37,387 bases of DNA. Origin: an uncultured Clostridium sp. (GTDB lineage: Bacteria; Bacillota; Clostridia; TANB77; CAG-508). The stretch covers positions 1-37,387 of the forward strand of contig CAOKJC010000001.1 in the NCBI GenBank assembly GCA_948468685.1, read 5' to 3'. Shown here piece after piece: positions 9,120 to 18,452 of this stretch (the stretch's first letter is position 1; every line of letters starts with the position of its first letter). The notes under the pieces were generated by a model. It was not told the DNA's origin, ran no database searches, and saw only the letters and a list, made by a program, of their open reading frames with translations. A program made the position numbers and the translations under genes.

Positions 9120-10391
9120 TTAATTTTTTACAACAGATAATATCATATTTTTATCATCAAAAACATTTTTTAGCACCTGATTCAAATATTCTACATTTAT
9201 TGTATTAATTTCCTCTAAATAATCAAAGCTATTTATACCTTTAAAATAATCTGACAAAAACATTCTAGCTATATTAGTTACATCATTATATTCTTTTATA
9301 TACTCTCCATAAATCATTTTCTTAGTTCTTTCAAAATCAATCTCATCAATTCCATTTTGGACTAATTTATTAATTTGTTTCTTGAACATTTCATATAATT
9401 CTTCTGGATTATTAGACTGACCACTAATTAAAACATGTGCATAATTTTTATCAAATTCATATTCAAAACTAGGAATTGAATAGCAATTTCCAATATCATA
9501 TAAATTTTTATATAATTCTGAACTACTACCTATTATAATATTCAACAAAATTTCTATTGATATATGTTTTTTCACTCTTTCCTTCTCTTCTGCTGGAAAG
9601 CCTTTTACCCCAATAGTATAAAGAGGTTGACTCACCTCCATATTTTGTTCAGTCTTTGCTTTTACAATTTCTCTAGGTTCTTCTTCATAAACCCTTTTTA
9701 TTTCTCCATTTGACTTATTATTAACTAATCTTTTCTTTATCTCTTCTAATAATTCTTCAGGTTCAAAATCACCACAAACAACCATTGCCATATTTGATGG
9801 ATTATAAAAAGTATTATAGCATTTATATAATATATCTTTATCTATATGAGAAATAGTCTCAATAGTACCAGTAATATCAAGCTTTACTGGATTTTTATGA
9901 TACATACACTCTAATGCATTTAAATACACCTTCCAATCAGGATAATCATCATACATCATTATTTCCTGACCAATTATACCCTTTTCCTTTTCGACATTCT
10001 CATCTGTAAAATATGGATGTTGAACATAATCCATAAATTCGTCTAATGCTTCATAAAAATTATCTGTACCTTCATACAAATATGCAGTATGGTTATTCGT
10101 AGTATAAGCATTTGCATTAACACCTAATGCAGTTAATACATCTAAACTATTTCTTCCATTCTTTTGTTCAAACATCTTATGTTCAAGAAAATGAGCTACT
10201 CCTTTAGGTACTTCTGTAATTTCACTTTCTCCTGGTACAATAAAAGTACTATCATTTGAACCATAATTTGTTCCCCATATAATATACTTTTTCTGTATTT
10301 TCTTTTTAGGAATTATCATAACAGTTAAACCATTTTCTAATTTTTCAATATATAGTTTCTCTTTAACTTTTGAATTTTCAATTATTTGCAT
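9120..10391 (-). CDS. M16 (pitrilysin/insulinase) family zinc peptidase, catalytically competent partner (YmfH/YfmH-like)
   Basis: Inverted zinc motif HxxEH present (GVAHFLEHKMFE). Strong SD GAAAGGAGGTAAAGA-ATG. Paired with the upstream M16-like gene. Confidence 0.85.
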   Translation of the reverse strand: MQIIENSKVKEKLYIEKLENGLTVMIIPKKKIQKKYIIWGTNYGSNDSTFIVPGESEITEVPKGVAHFLEHKMFEQKNGRNSLDVLTALGVNANAYTTNNHTAYLYEGTDNFYEALDEFMDYVQHPYFTDENVEKEKGIIGQEIMMYDDYPDWKVYLNALECMYHKNPVKLDITGTIETISHIDKDILYKCYNTFYNPSNMAMVVCGDFEPEELLEEIKKRLVNNKSNGEIKRVYEEEPREIVKAKTEQNMEVSQPLYTIGVKGFPAEEKERVKKHISIEILLNIIIGSSSELYKNLYDIGNCYSIPSFEYEFDKNYAHVLISGQSNNPEELYEMFKKQINKLVQNGIDEIDFERTKKMIYGEYIKEYNDVTNIARMFLSDYFKGINSFDYLEEINTINVEYLNQVLKNVFDDKNMILSVVKN

Positions 10392-10397
10392 TCTTTA

Positions 10398-10467
10398 CCT
10401 CCTTTCGCGAAGCATCTCTTCGCTCATCGTCATCCAAGATTTTCTTTAAAAATCTTAGATGGCAAAT
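10398..10467 (-). promoter_or_regulatory. Two-hairpin leader element, copy 1 (intercistronic, directly upstream of the SD)
   Basis: mRNA sense: AUUUGC-[CAUCUAAGAUUUU UAAAG AAAAUCUUGGAUG]-ACGAUGA-[GCGAAG AGAUG CUUCGC]-GAAAGGAGG. HP1 10431-10461, HP2 10407-10423, SD 10398-10402. Related copy at 22551-22620. Confidence 0.5.
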
Positions 10468-10507
10468 TGTATATAATTATTCCAATAAATACATATCTTA
10501 TACACTC

Positions 10508-11776
10508 TTAGTTTTTAAGAAAATATATAGTATTTACGCTAACTTTATTTGCAATATCTATAACATTTTGTTTATTAATTTTATTTACTCTTTCCATATA
10601 TTCTTCTATTCCTAATTTATTTTTTGAAAGTTCTTGACTAAAAAAGTACATAACTTCAGTATCCTGTTCATCATCTATTGATTTAATTGCTGCTATTATT
10701 CCTTGTTTTGCATTTTCAACCTCTTCATCTGTAAAATCCCCTTTTTTCATGTCTTCTATTTGTTGTTTTATGATTTCTAATGCTTTATCATAGTTTCCTA
10801 TCTCTATTCCACAATTTATAAATAAATTATTTTTAAATCTATAATAACTTGAACTTGCTGTATATGCTAAACTTGCTTTCTCACGAACATTTTGAAATAA
10901 TTTCGAGTTAGCACTTCCTCCTAATATACTATTATAAATAATTGCATCATATCTTAAATCTTCATTATCTAAATTTAAATCTAACCCTATTATAAGCTTT
11001 CCTTGATTTACTTCCATAGATTCTTGAATAATATTTTCTTGTTCAGAGTTTTTAGAAGTTATCTCTGGCATAATGTATTCTGGATTTCTTTCGTTTAATT
11101 TCTTTATATTTTCATTATTTTTTATTATATCTTCTATTTTCTGTCCTAATATTCCTGAAACTAATATATCGATTTTACATTTATTTATTAAATCAATATA
11201 ATGTTCATATAAATTTTTTTCATCAATACTATTTAAATCTTCTATATACCCATATTTGTAAAGTCCATATGGTTCATTTTTGTACATTTCTTCTATACAT
11301 CTATCTAATGCATATCTTGCTTTGTTATCTATCTTTCCTTCAATTATTTGCTTCAAATTTTCCTTTTCCTGTTGAACATATTCTTTTTTGAAACAATTAT
11401 TTTCTAAATATGGATTAAATACAATCTCGAAAATACTTTCCAAAGATGTTTTCAACATATTTTCAGCACATTGTGGTAAAAATTCATCATTTACAGTTTC
11501 TATATAAAATTTTAAAACTTGATTATCTCCTGTCTTGTCTAATCCACAATCAAAACTCGCCCCATACATTTCTTCTAACTTCTTATTTATTTCTTCTTGT
11601 GTATTTAATTTAGCTGTTCCTCTTCTTAATATAGCTGGAATTAAAGCGTTCTTCGTAACACTTTCTTTTTCTAATTTAGTAGTTAGCATTACTGCAATTA
11701 GATTTGTTTTAAATTTATCTGTTTGTATTTTATGAAGTTGTATACCACTTTTTATATCTATTTTATTATATTCCAT
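10508..11776 (-). CDS. M16-family peptidase-like protein lacking the HxxEH motif (non-catalytic partner, YmfF/YfmF-like)
   Basis: Similar length and architecture to the downstream M16 gene, with no HxxEH. N-terminal region (FKTNLIAVMLTT...SVTKNALIPAILRRGT...LEEMYGASF) is typical of the inactive partner of Firmicute M16 pairs. SD GGAAAGGGAG. Confidence 0.8.
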   Translation of the reverse strand: MEYNKIDIKSGIQLHKIQTDKFKTNLIAVMLTTKLEKESVTKNALIPAILRRGTAKLNTQEEINKKLEEMYGASFDCGLDKTGDNQVLKFYIETVNDEFLPQCAENMLKTSLESIFEIVFNPYLENNCFKKEYVQQEKENLKQIIEGKIDNKARYALDRCIEEMYKNEPYGLYKYGYIEDLNSIDEKNLYEHYIDLINKCKIDILVSGILGQKIEDIIKNNENIKKLNERNPEYIMPEITSKNSEQENIIQESMEVNQGKLIIGLDLNLDNEDLRYDAIIYNSILGGSANSKLFQNVREKASLAYTASSSYYRFKNNLFINCGIEIGNYDKALEIIKQQIEDMKKGDFTDEEVENAKQGIIAAIKSIDDEQDTEVMYFFSQELSKNKLGIEEYMERVNKINKQNVIDIANKVSVNTIYFLKN

Positions 11777-11963
11777 AAAACTCCCTTTCCACTTAATCTA
11801 TTATTTTTTTAGCAATTATATTTATATTTTATCCTAAACTTTAAGTATCATACCATACACTTATGCTTTATATCAAGTAATTTTTTAAAGTAACATATCT
11901 CAAAAATTTTTGTTTTCTATCTTATAAATATTTATTCAACAGTTAAATATTTAGTATATTATT

Positions 11964-12001
11964 AGAGTATGATTTAAATCTTATTTTAAAACTCATACTC
12001 T
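11964..12001 (-). terminator. Hairpin downstream of the Rpn-family gene
   Basis: AGAGTATGA (11964-11972) / TCATACTCT (11993-12001), 9-bp stem with a 20-nt loop, just after the stop at 12010. No clean T-tract. Confidence 0.35.
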
Positions 12002-12009
12002 ATATGATA

Positions 12010-12963
12010 TTAATTAATTTGTTTCTTTATTTTCATTATCTCTTTTTCTGTTAGATTTGTAATTTCTGATATTAACTTTATTGGTAATTCTTTTTTCAAC
12101 ATCTTTATTGTTACTTCTCTTTTATGTTCTGCTTTTCCCTCTGCTTTTCCCTCTGCTTTTCCCTCTGCTCTTCCTTTTTCTCTTCCTTCTGCTTGTGCCT
12201 CTTCTTTTGCATATTGCATCTCTGCTATTCGGTCTCTTTCATATCTTTCTTCTCTATCTAACATTTCTCTTAATTGTTTATTAGCACTTAATTTTCTTAA
12301 TTGCTCTAATGCTTCATTAATATCTTGATTCTCTTCACTCATACACTTTACCTCCATACTATTTGGATTATCGAAGAAACTCATCCATTGTGCTACTTTA
12401 TCGCCTTTATTATTTCCTAATATTTCTTTTGCTTTCTTCATCTCTATTATATGTAATTCAAAGTTATTTGTCAATATTAACTTTTTATTTTTATCTTCAC
12501 GTATTCTCCAAATTGTATGATAATCTTCATCTATAAATTCTTTTATATTAAAATCCACTATTGCAATTAATATTGTTCTTTTCAATTTTGTATAATCTTC
12601 CCCTTTATCTAATTGACTAGAATATAACTTTGCCCAATACTCTAACATTCTTTCTCTAAAATTCTTTTTATTTATAAGTTGAATTTCTATATTACATATT
12701 TCTCCATCATCTAATTCAACTTTTAAATCTAATATTTCATTTTTCTTTTCTATATCATTATTTGCTATAATAACATTTTTATCCATATCAATAATCTTAT
12801 ATTCTCTTTTTGTTATATCTTGGATTAAAGCTTTTGTTATATTTTCATTACCTTTTCTAAATAATGCATGAAAGACAACATCATATTTAGGTGATAATAG
12901 TTTATATCCTTTTAATCTCACCTCCTCTACATTTAAATTTTCTTCTTCATGATTTTTAATCAT
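12010..12963 (-). CDS. Rpn family recombination-promoting nuclease / PD-(D/E)xK putative transposase (YhgA-like)
   Basis: LLSPKYDVVFHALF..., ILDLKVELDDGEICNIEIQL (D...E.Q-type nuclease core), YWAKLYSSQL and a Lys/Glu-rich AEGK repeat tail followed by an HTH-like end. SD AAGGAGGAG. Confidence 0.8.
   Translation of the reverse strand: MIKNHEEENLNVEEVRLKGYKLLSPKYDVVFHALFRKGNENITKALIQDITKREYKIIDMDKNVIIANNDIEKKNEILDLKVELDDGEICNIEIQLINKKNFRERMLEYWAKLYSSQLDKGEDYTKLKRTILIAIVDFNIKEFIDEDYHTIWRIREDKNKKLILTNNFELHIIEMKKAKEILGNNKGDKVAQWMSFFDNPNSMEVKCMSEENQDINEALEQLRKLSANKQLREMLDREERYERDRIAEMQYAKEEAQAEGREKGRAEGKAEGKAEGKAEHKREVTIKMLKKELPIKLISEITNLTEKEIMKIKKQIN
12128..12174 (-). repeat. 12-nt tandem repeat (about 3.9 units) encoding (AEGK)n inside the Rpn-family gene
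   Basis: Plus strand tctgcttttccc x3 (12128-12163) plus a partial unit. Protein reads GRAEGKAEGKAEGKAE. Confidence 0.85.
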
Positions 12964-13210
12964 AAAACTCCTCCTTTTGTAAAATATTCAAACTGCCAAG
13001 TAAATAAATTTTCATATAGTTTTTATTGGATTTATCCGAATTTAAATTTAGAAATTAATTTTCTTTGATTTTAACTCTTAAGAATAAAAATTTTCTTTTA
13101 GAAAAAATTAAAAATTTGCATTTACTAAGCTGTCTGTATTGGTAATTTAACATAATTCTAATAATAAGTCAATAGCCTTTTAGTTTTTATTAATATTTCT
13201 CCTATATAAC

Positions 13211-13242
13211 AAAAAATAGAAGTATAAGAACAAGATACTTCT
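13211..13242 (-). terminator. Rho-independent terminator of rpsU
   Basis: Minus strand AGAAGTAT-cttgttctt-ATACTTCT followed by ATTTTTT (plus-strand A-run 13211-13216). Confidence 0.6.
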
Positions 13243-13272
13243 TCTCCCAAACTTCCACCTTTTACTATGTAA

Positions 13273-13443
13273 TTAAAATTTTCTTTTTCTTGCTGCCTCT
13301 GATTTTTTCTTTCTTTTTACACTTGGTTTTTCATAGTGTTCTCTTTTACGAACTTCTTGTAAAACTCCATTACGTGCACATTGTCTTTTAAACCTTTTTA
13401 AGGCATCTTCTATATTTCCATTATTAACTTTGATTTCTGACAT
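13273..13443 (-). CDS. rpsU: 30S ribosomal protein S21 (56 aa, below the track cutoff)
   Basis: Translation [56 protein letters not shown] is the canonical S21 sequence pattern. SD GGAAGGAGGGG. Confidence 0.9.
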   Translation of the reverse strand: MSEIKVNNGNIEDALKRFKRQCARNGVLQEVRKREHYEKPSVKRKKKSEAARKRKF

Positions 13444-13503
13444 TTATATTCCCCTCCTTCCGGTCATACGAAAATGTATGTGGGATTACCCGATACGTTA
13501 CAC

Positions 13504-13533
13504 ATTATACATTATTATGTGGTATATTGTCAA
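13504..13533 (-). promoter_or_regulatory. Near-consensus sigma-A promoter of rpsU
   Basis: TTGACA (13533-13528), 18 nt spacer, TATAAT (13509-13504). About 60-nt leader with small hairpins (GGG-TAAT-CCC; CATAC-ATTTTC-GTATG). Confidence 0.6.
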
Positions 13534-13568
13534 TAGCTAAAATTCAATTTATTTACTTCTATACAAAT

Positions 13569-14507
13569 CTAAAACCATTCAAAAATATAATCTTCAAAAT
13601 AACATGTTTTATCAAATATTGGTTTAAATCTATTAAAAGAATATTCTATTTGCTCCATATCTTCACCATATTGTTTCAATCTAAGTAAAAATTCATATAT
13701 CATTGTAAATTCTAACTCTTTATGGAATTCTATTGGCACTTCCCCATTAAATAATCCTCTATAAATTCCTCTATATATTGCCCTATCCTTTTCAATATTA
13801 TCTCCTGTCCATCCATACCAACAATTTCCCCTAAAATCTAGCGCTCTAGACTTAATTTTCCCTCCGTCTATATCTATAAAATATGGTATTTCGTCTTTAA
13901 CAATAACATTTTTAAAATTTATATCATTATGTATAAAAGTTGGATTTTGCAAATAAATAAATTCTTTTAATTTTACAAAACTTTCAAATAATCTGTTCAT
14001 ATCAATATATGGTAATTTTGTATTACTGTTATTTTCATAAAATTTTTTAAGTTCAATCGAGTTGCACATTAAATTATTAATTTCTTTATCAAATTCTTCT
14101 TTAAATTTTTCTTTATCACCTATAATTTTTTGAAACTTTTTTAACTCTCTTCCTATTTTAACTCCAATTTTTTCTAAATCTTCTATACTTAAAATTCTCG
14201 CTAATTCATATAATGTATTCCCTTCTATATATTCATATACTACATAAGTCTTATTAATATTTTCTATATATCCCATTTCAATCGTTTCTGCTAGACAAAT
14301 TTCTAATTTGGAATAAATATTATTTATCTCATTAATATCCATAATTCTATCATTCTCATATATTTTTATAAAATATTTATTATTTCCCTTTGTACAAACA
14401 TATCTTAATGCCCTAGAATGTCCTCTAAAGTCCTGTTCAATATTATCCATATCATTAAAAAATTCTATTTCTTTTATTGGTTCTATATCTTTTACATCAA
14501 TTACCAT
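13569..14507 (-). CDS. Aminoglycoside/choline-kinase-like phosphotransferase family protein
   Basis: Kinase-like catalytic loop FIHNDINFKNVIV (HxDxxxxN) and the metal-binding FIDIDG motif. SD GGAGGAATATGTA-ATG. Confidence 0.65.
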   Translation of the reverse strand: MVIDVKDIEPIKEIEFFNDMDNIEQDFRGHSRALRYVCTKGNNKYFIKIYENDRIMDINEINNIYSKLEICLAETIEMGYIENINKTYVVYEYIEGNTLYELARILSIEDLEKIGVKIGRELKKFQKIIGDKEKFKEEFDKEINNLMCNSIELKKFYENNSNTKLPYIDMNRLFESFVKLKEFIYLQNPTFIHNDINFKNVIVKDEIPYFIDIDGGKIKSRALDFRGNCWYGWTGDNIEKDRAIYRGIYRGLFNGEVPIEFHKELEFTMIYEFLLRLKQYGEDMEQIEYSFNRFKPIFDKTCYFEDYIFEWF

Positions 14508-14634
14508 TACATATTCCTCCAGTATTATAAAACTTAAATATAATGTATCTTATCATAAAAATAATAAAAAATCACTTCTTTTTTTATACTTAATATGATA
14601 AAATTATTATAAATTAAAATTAAAAGAGGAAAAA

Positions 14635-15141
14635 ATGAACATCTTATTTAAAAATAAAACCAAATACACTAAACAAGCTTATGAAAAATATTTACAATTT
14701 CATCAAAACAAATATGGATACAATTATCAATTCATCACAATAGTAACAATATTACTATTATGCTTCTGTGCAATTATGAATTTAAAATATGCAAATTATA
14801 TTACAACAATTATATTAGCTATAATTTTAGGAATTTTTTGTTATTATAGATTTTTTAATCCTGTAAAAAAAGTACAAAAAGAACTAAAAACTGAAAAATT
14901 TAAAAATGAAAAAGAATTTACTTTTACTTTTTATGAAAAATATTTTATAGTTTCTGATAAAAAAGATTCTTATAAAATAAGGTATTGGAATCTGCATAAG
15001 ACTTTTGAAACAGAGGACTTTTTTTATCTTTATATAAATAAAGACCATGCTTTCTTATTAGATAAATCTACTTTTTCTAAAGGAAACATTTCAGAATTTT
15101 TAAAATTTTTAAAGAAAAAAATATGGTATAAATTATTTTAG
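14635..15141 (+). CDS. Small membrane protein, possibly YcxB-like
   Basis: Two central hydrophobic helices followed by a soluble C-terminal domain. SD AAGAGGAAAAA-ATG. Family assignment is by general resemblance only. Confidence 0.4.
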   Translation: MNILFKNKTKYTKQAYEKYLQFHQNKYGYNYQFITIVTILLLCFCAIMNLKYANYITTIILAIILGIFCYYRFFNPVKKVQKELKTEKFKNEKEFTFTFYEKYFIVSDKKDSYKIRYWNLHKTFETEDFFYLYINKDHAFLLDKSTFSKGNISEFLKFLKKKIWYKLF

Positions 15142-15165
15142 GCAAGAAGCAGAAGCTCCTTGCCT
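15140..15165. terminator. Hairpin between convergent genes
   Basis: AGGCAAG (15140-15146) / CTTGCCT (15159-15165) stem between the stops at 15141 (+) and 15184 (-). Confidence 0.5.
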
Positions 15166-15183
15166 ATTCATATAAAACTACAT

Positions 15184-15738
15184 TTATGAATTCTCAGAGT
15201 CATATACAAACTGATAAAAATCTGCAAACTCCTCCTTTGTGACAACATCAAAATCACGCCTTTTTGTTTCTCCTGTAAGTATTCCATAGACTCCAATTAG
15301 GTTATGATTTCTTTCCAAAACTGCATAAAGTTCAACTTTTTCATCTTCTTGCAATCCTAAAACAAAATCTCCAAAATCACATTTAGACTTGGTAAGTATA
15401 ACTCTTATTGGCTCTCCTGGAGTCATCATTCTCTCCACCAAAGACTTACTTATATCTTTAAGTAATTTCTCATATGCCCTTCTTCTAAAATCGGATTTTG
15501 ACATAAACCACATAAATGGTATTAGTAAAATATATAATACTATACATACTATACTTAAAGGCACTTGAGATGCAATAAAACCAACAATACCCTGTTTAGA
15601 CATCGCTCCTCCCCATGCGCAAAGCAAAAGAAATAATAGTAAAATTATCACAGCAATTGGAGTAATGTACTTAATTAACTGTTTCCGTGTCTCCTTTTCC
15701 AATTTGATGTCAAATGCATTTTTCTGCTCTTTCTTCAT
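15184..15738 (-). CDS. Hypothetical membrane protein (2 TM helices plus a cytoplasmic domain)
   Basis: Strong SD AGGAGGACACATTAT-ATG. Hydrophobic segments IAVIILLLFLLLCAWGG and LSIVCIVLYILLIPFMWF. No family recognised. Confidence 0.5.
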   Translation of the reverse strand: MKKEQKNAFDIKLEKETRKQLIKYITPIAVIILLLFLLLCAWGGAMSKQGIVGFIASQVPLSIVCIVLYILLIPFMWFMSKSDFRRRAYEKLLKDISKSLVERMMTPGEPIRVILTKSKCDFGDFVLGLQEDEKVELYAVLERNHNLIGVYGILTGETKRRDFDVVTKEEFADFYQFVYDSENS

Positions 15739-15885
15739 ATAATGTGTCCTCCTATAAGTTTTAACATAGCAATGAAATAATAATTTTCAATGCCTCTATA
15801 AGTTACATGCACTAATTTTATCATAATTTTACATAATATTCAATATTTTTTATAAAATTTTTAGTCAAAGAACACAAACAAATAT

Positions 15886-15914
15886 TTGACATATAATAAT
15901 CTTCATGTTATAAT
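15886..15914 (+). promoter_or_regulatory. Consensus sigma-A promoter of the radical-SAM operon
   Basis: TTGACA (15886-15891), 17 nt spacer, TATAAT (15909-15914). The TTG start used by the ORF track is the -35 hexamer itself. Confidence 0.65.
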
Positions 15915-15939
15915 CAAACAAATATTTGGAGGAAAGCAG

Positions 15940-17238
15940 ATGGATACATTAGAAAAATTAAAAATATTATCAGATGCCGCAAAATATGATGCATCATGTA
16001 GTTCAAGCGGAAGCAATAGAAAAAATAATAACAATGGAATTGGAAATGGAAGTATGGCAGGAATTTGTCACACCTGGGGAGCTGATGGGAGATGTATTTC
16101 TCTATTAAAAATTTTACTTTCTAATTGTTGTATATATGATTGTAAATACTGTGTAAATAGATGCACAAATACTGTAAGAAGAGCAACATTTACACCAAAA
16201 GAAGTAGCTGATTTAACTATTAATTTTTATAAAAGAAATTATATAGAAGGTCTATTTTTAAGCTCTGCTGTAATCAAATCTCCTGATCATACAATGGAAA
16301 TGCTAATCCAAGCAGTCACTATATTAAGAGAAGAATATAATTTTAATGGATATATTCATTGTAAAACAATTCCTGGCTGCAGTAAAGAATTAATTAACAA
16401 ATTAGGGAACCTTGTTGACCGTATGAGTATCAACATTGAATTACCTTCTAATGATAGTTTAAAATTACTAGCACCACAAAAAGAAAAAACAGGAATTCTA
16501 GAACCTATGAGCTATATTTCTAATAATATAAAAATCACAAAAATGGATAAGTCAAAATTTAAAACAGATTTTGTTCCAGCTGGTCAAACAACTCAACTTA
16601 TTGTTGGAGCAACTCCTGAAAGTGATTTAAAAATACTGAAACTATCTGAAAATTTATATAAAAAATTAAGCTTAAAAAGAGTATATTATTCAGCTTATGT
16701 TTCAGTAAATCAAGATACTAATTTACCAACACTAGAAAAACCACCTCTTTTAAGGGAAAATAGATTATACCAAGCAGATTGGTTACTTAGATTTTATGGA
16801 TTTGAGGCAAATGAATTACTTAATGAAACACATCCAAATTTCAATACACTATTAGACCCCAAATGCGATTGGGCATTAAGAAATTTAGACAAATTTCCTA
16901 TTGAAATAAATACTGCCTCTTACTTTACATTACTTAGAATACCCGGTATAGGCGTAATTTCAGCTAAAAAAATTATTACTGCTAGACGTAATTTCAATTT
17001 AGATTTTAGTATGCTAAAAAAATTAGGAGTTGTATTAAAAAGAGCTCAATTTTTCATTACTTGTAAAGGAAAATATTATGATAAAATTTATAAAATGAAT
17101 CCATCTTTTATTGAAACCAATCTATTATCACAAGAAAGATTAAGCTTGCCAAAACTGCAATTTAAGCAATTATCATTATTTGATAATTTGCTACCTACAA
17201 AGGAGGATAAAATAAAATGTCTAACTGGAAACTTATAA
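15940..17238 (+). CDS. Putative DNA modification/repair radical SAM protein (TIGR03916-like)
   Basis: Start reassigned to ATG 15940 (GGAGGAAAGCAG-ATG). N-terminal KLKILSDAAKYDASCSSSGS...GICHTWGADGRCISLLKILLSNCCIYDCKYCVNR contains the CxxxCxxC radical-SAM cluster. C-terminal helix-hairpin-helix LLRIPGIGVISAKKII. Confidence 0.8.
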   Translation: MDTLEKLKILSDAAKYDASCSSSGSNRKNNNNGIGNGSMAGICHTWGADGRCISLLKILLSNCCIYDCKYCVNRCTNTVRRATFTPKEVADLTINFYKRNYIEGLFLSSAVIKSPDHTMEMLIQAVTILREEYNFNGYIHCKTIPGCSKELINKLGNLVDRMSINIELPSNDSLKLLAPQKEKTGILEPMSYISNNIKITKMDKSKFKTDFVPAGQTTQLIVGATPESDLKILKLSENLYKKLSLKRVYYSAYVSVNQDTNLPTLEKPPLLRENRLYQADWLLRFYGFEANELLNETHPNFNTLLDPKCDWALRNLDKFPIEINTASYFTLLRIPGIGVISAKKIITARRNFNLDFSMLKKLGVVLKRAQFFITCKGKYYDKIYKMNPSFIETNLLSQERLSLPKLQFKQLSLFDNLLPTKEDKIKCLTGNL

Positions 17239-17975
17239 ACAAAACTTATCTTTATGATGGTACATTTGATGGATTACTAACTATTGTTTTTGATTGCTAT
17301 TCTACTAAAACATTACCACAAAATATCGAAAATGAAAAAAGCTATACTAGCAACTTTTTAGACAATACTGTTTTTATACTTTCAAATTATGAAAAATCCG
17401 AACGAGTCTTTAAAGGAATTGAAAAAAATATTTGCTATGATGCCTTATATAACAGTTATTACACATTTTTAAGTAATGAAAAGAATAAAGAAATAAATAT
17501 TTTAAAATATTTATGTGATGGTTTTGATATTGGTCCAAAAATAAATACTATGCTAACAACATCATATGTATATAAAGTTGTCTCTACAAAAAAGAAAGTT
17601 TATGGTGAATGTCATAGATTTAAAGGCTTATTACGCTTTATTGATGTTGGAAATAACCTCTTTTATAGTTCAATACATCCTGACAACAATATTATTGAAA
17701 TATTAGGACACCATTTTATAAATCGATTACCTTCTCAAAATTTTATAATACACGATAAAAATAGAAATATTGGATTTTTGTATAATGGAAAAGATTACAA
17801 AATTGAAGAAATGCCAAGATTTATTTTGCCTAATCTTTCAGATAATGAAAGATTATATCAAGAGCTTTGGAAATCGTTTTTTAAGTCAGTTACTATTAAC
17901 GAAAGAACTAATAGAAGATGTCAAATGCAATTTATGCCTAAAAAATATTGGAATGATTTAATAGAAAATCCTTAA
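17217..17975 (+). CDS. TIGR03915/DUF4130-like putative DNA repair protein, partner of the radical SAM protein
   Basis: Overlaps the upstream gene by 22 nt. SD AAGGAGGATAAAATAAA-ATG. N-terminus YLYDGTFDGLLTIVFDCY and ...HRFKGLLRF...SSIHPDNNII are typical of this partner family as I recall it. Confidence 0.65.
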   Translation: MSNWKLINKTYLYDGTFDGLLTIVFDCYSTKTLPQNIENEKSYTSNFLDNTVFILSNYEKSERVFKGIEKNICYDALYNSYYTFLSNEKNKEINILKYLCDGFDIGPKINTMLTTSYVYKVVSTKKKVYGECHRFKGLLRFIDVGNNLFYSSIHPDNNIIEILGHHFINRLPSQNFIIHDKNRNIGFLYNGKDYKIEEMPRFILPNLSDNERLYQELWKSFFKSVTINERTNRRCQMQFMPKKYWNDLIENP

Positions 17976-18001
17976 ATTTTCTTGGAATTTTTACAGTAAT
18001 T

Positions 18002-18391
18002 ATGTGCATTTTAACAATAGTTCTAATTTTGATTGACCCTGTTATTTGCATAAGTAACCCCATTTTAAGGTGTATAGTAGGCATATTATTTATAATCTTA
18101 TTTTTAGTAAGCCTTATAAGTTTGATTATCTTTATAGAATTGCTTATTTTTACTTTAATTGGCAATTATATTACTAAGAAAAACATTAAAAAAATACAAA
18201 GTCTTACAAATGAATTTACACCAGTATTTCTAAAACCTAATGAAAACACATTATCAACTTACATTCCAAGTAATGAAATCAAATGCATGGCAAAACTTGA
18301 TGAAGATGGTAAAATCATTTACAAAATTCAGGTTGATATTGAAGCAAGTACCGAAAACTATAATGCATTCCTACAAGAATTTGAAATCTAA
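18002..18391 (+). CDS. Hypothetical membrane protein
   Basis: Hydrophobic N-terminal half and soluble C-terminal half. Weak SD, start uncertain. Confidence 0.4.
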   Translation: MCILTIVLILIDPVICISNPILRCIVGILFIILFLVSLISLIIFIELLIFTLIGNYITKKNIKKIQSLTNEFTPVFLKPNENTLSTYIPSNEIKCMAKLDEDGKIIYKIQVDIEASTENYNAFLQEFEI

Positions 18392-18399
18392 TACTTTAA

Positions 18400-18430
18400 A
18401 AGGAAGAACTTAATTCATGTTCTTCCTTTT
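18400..18430. terminator. Bidirectional rho-independent terminator
   Basis: AAGGAAGAAC (18400-18409) / GTTCTTCCTT (18419-18428), 10-bp perfect stem followed by TT..TTTTT, between convergent genes. Confidence 0.6.
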
Positions 18431-18452
18431 ACCTTTTTATTATATTAATAAA

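Noticed and set aside
15886-15939. N-terminal extension of the radical SAM ORF from a TTG start at 15886
   Set aside because: The TTG is the first three bases of a consensus -35 hexamer (TTGACA-17-TATAAT). ATG 15940 has a proper SD (GGAGGAAAGCAG).
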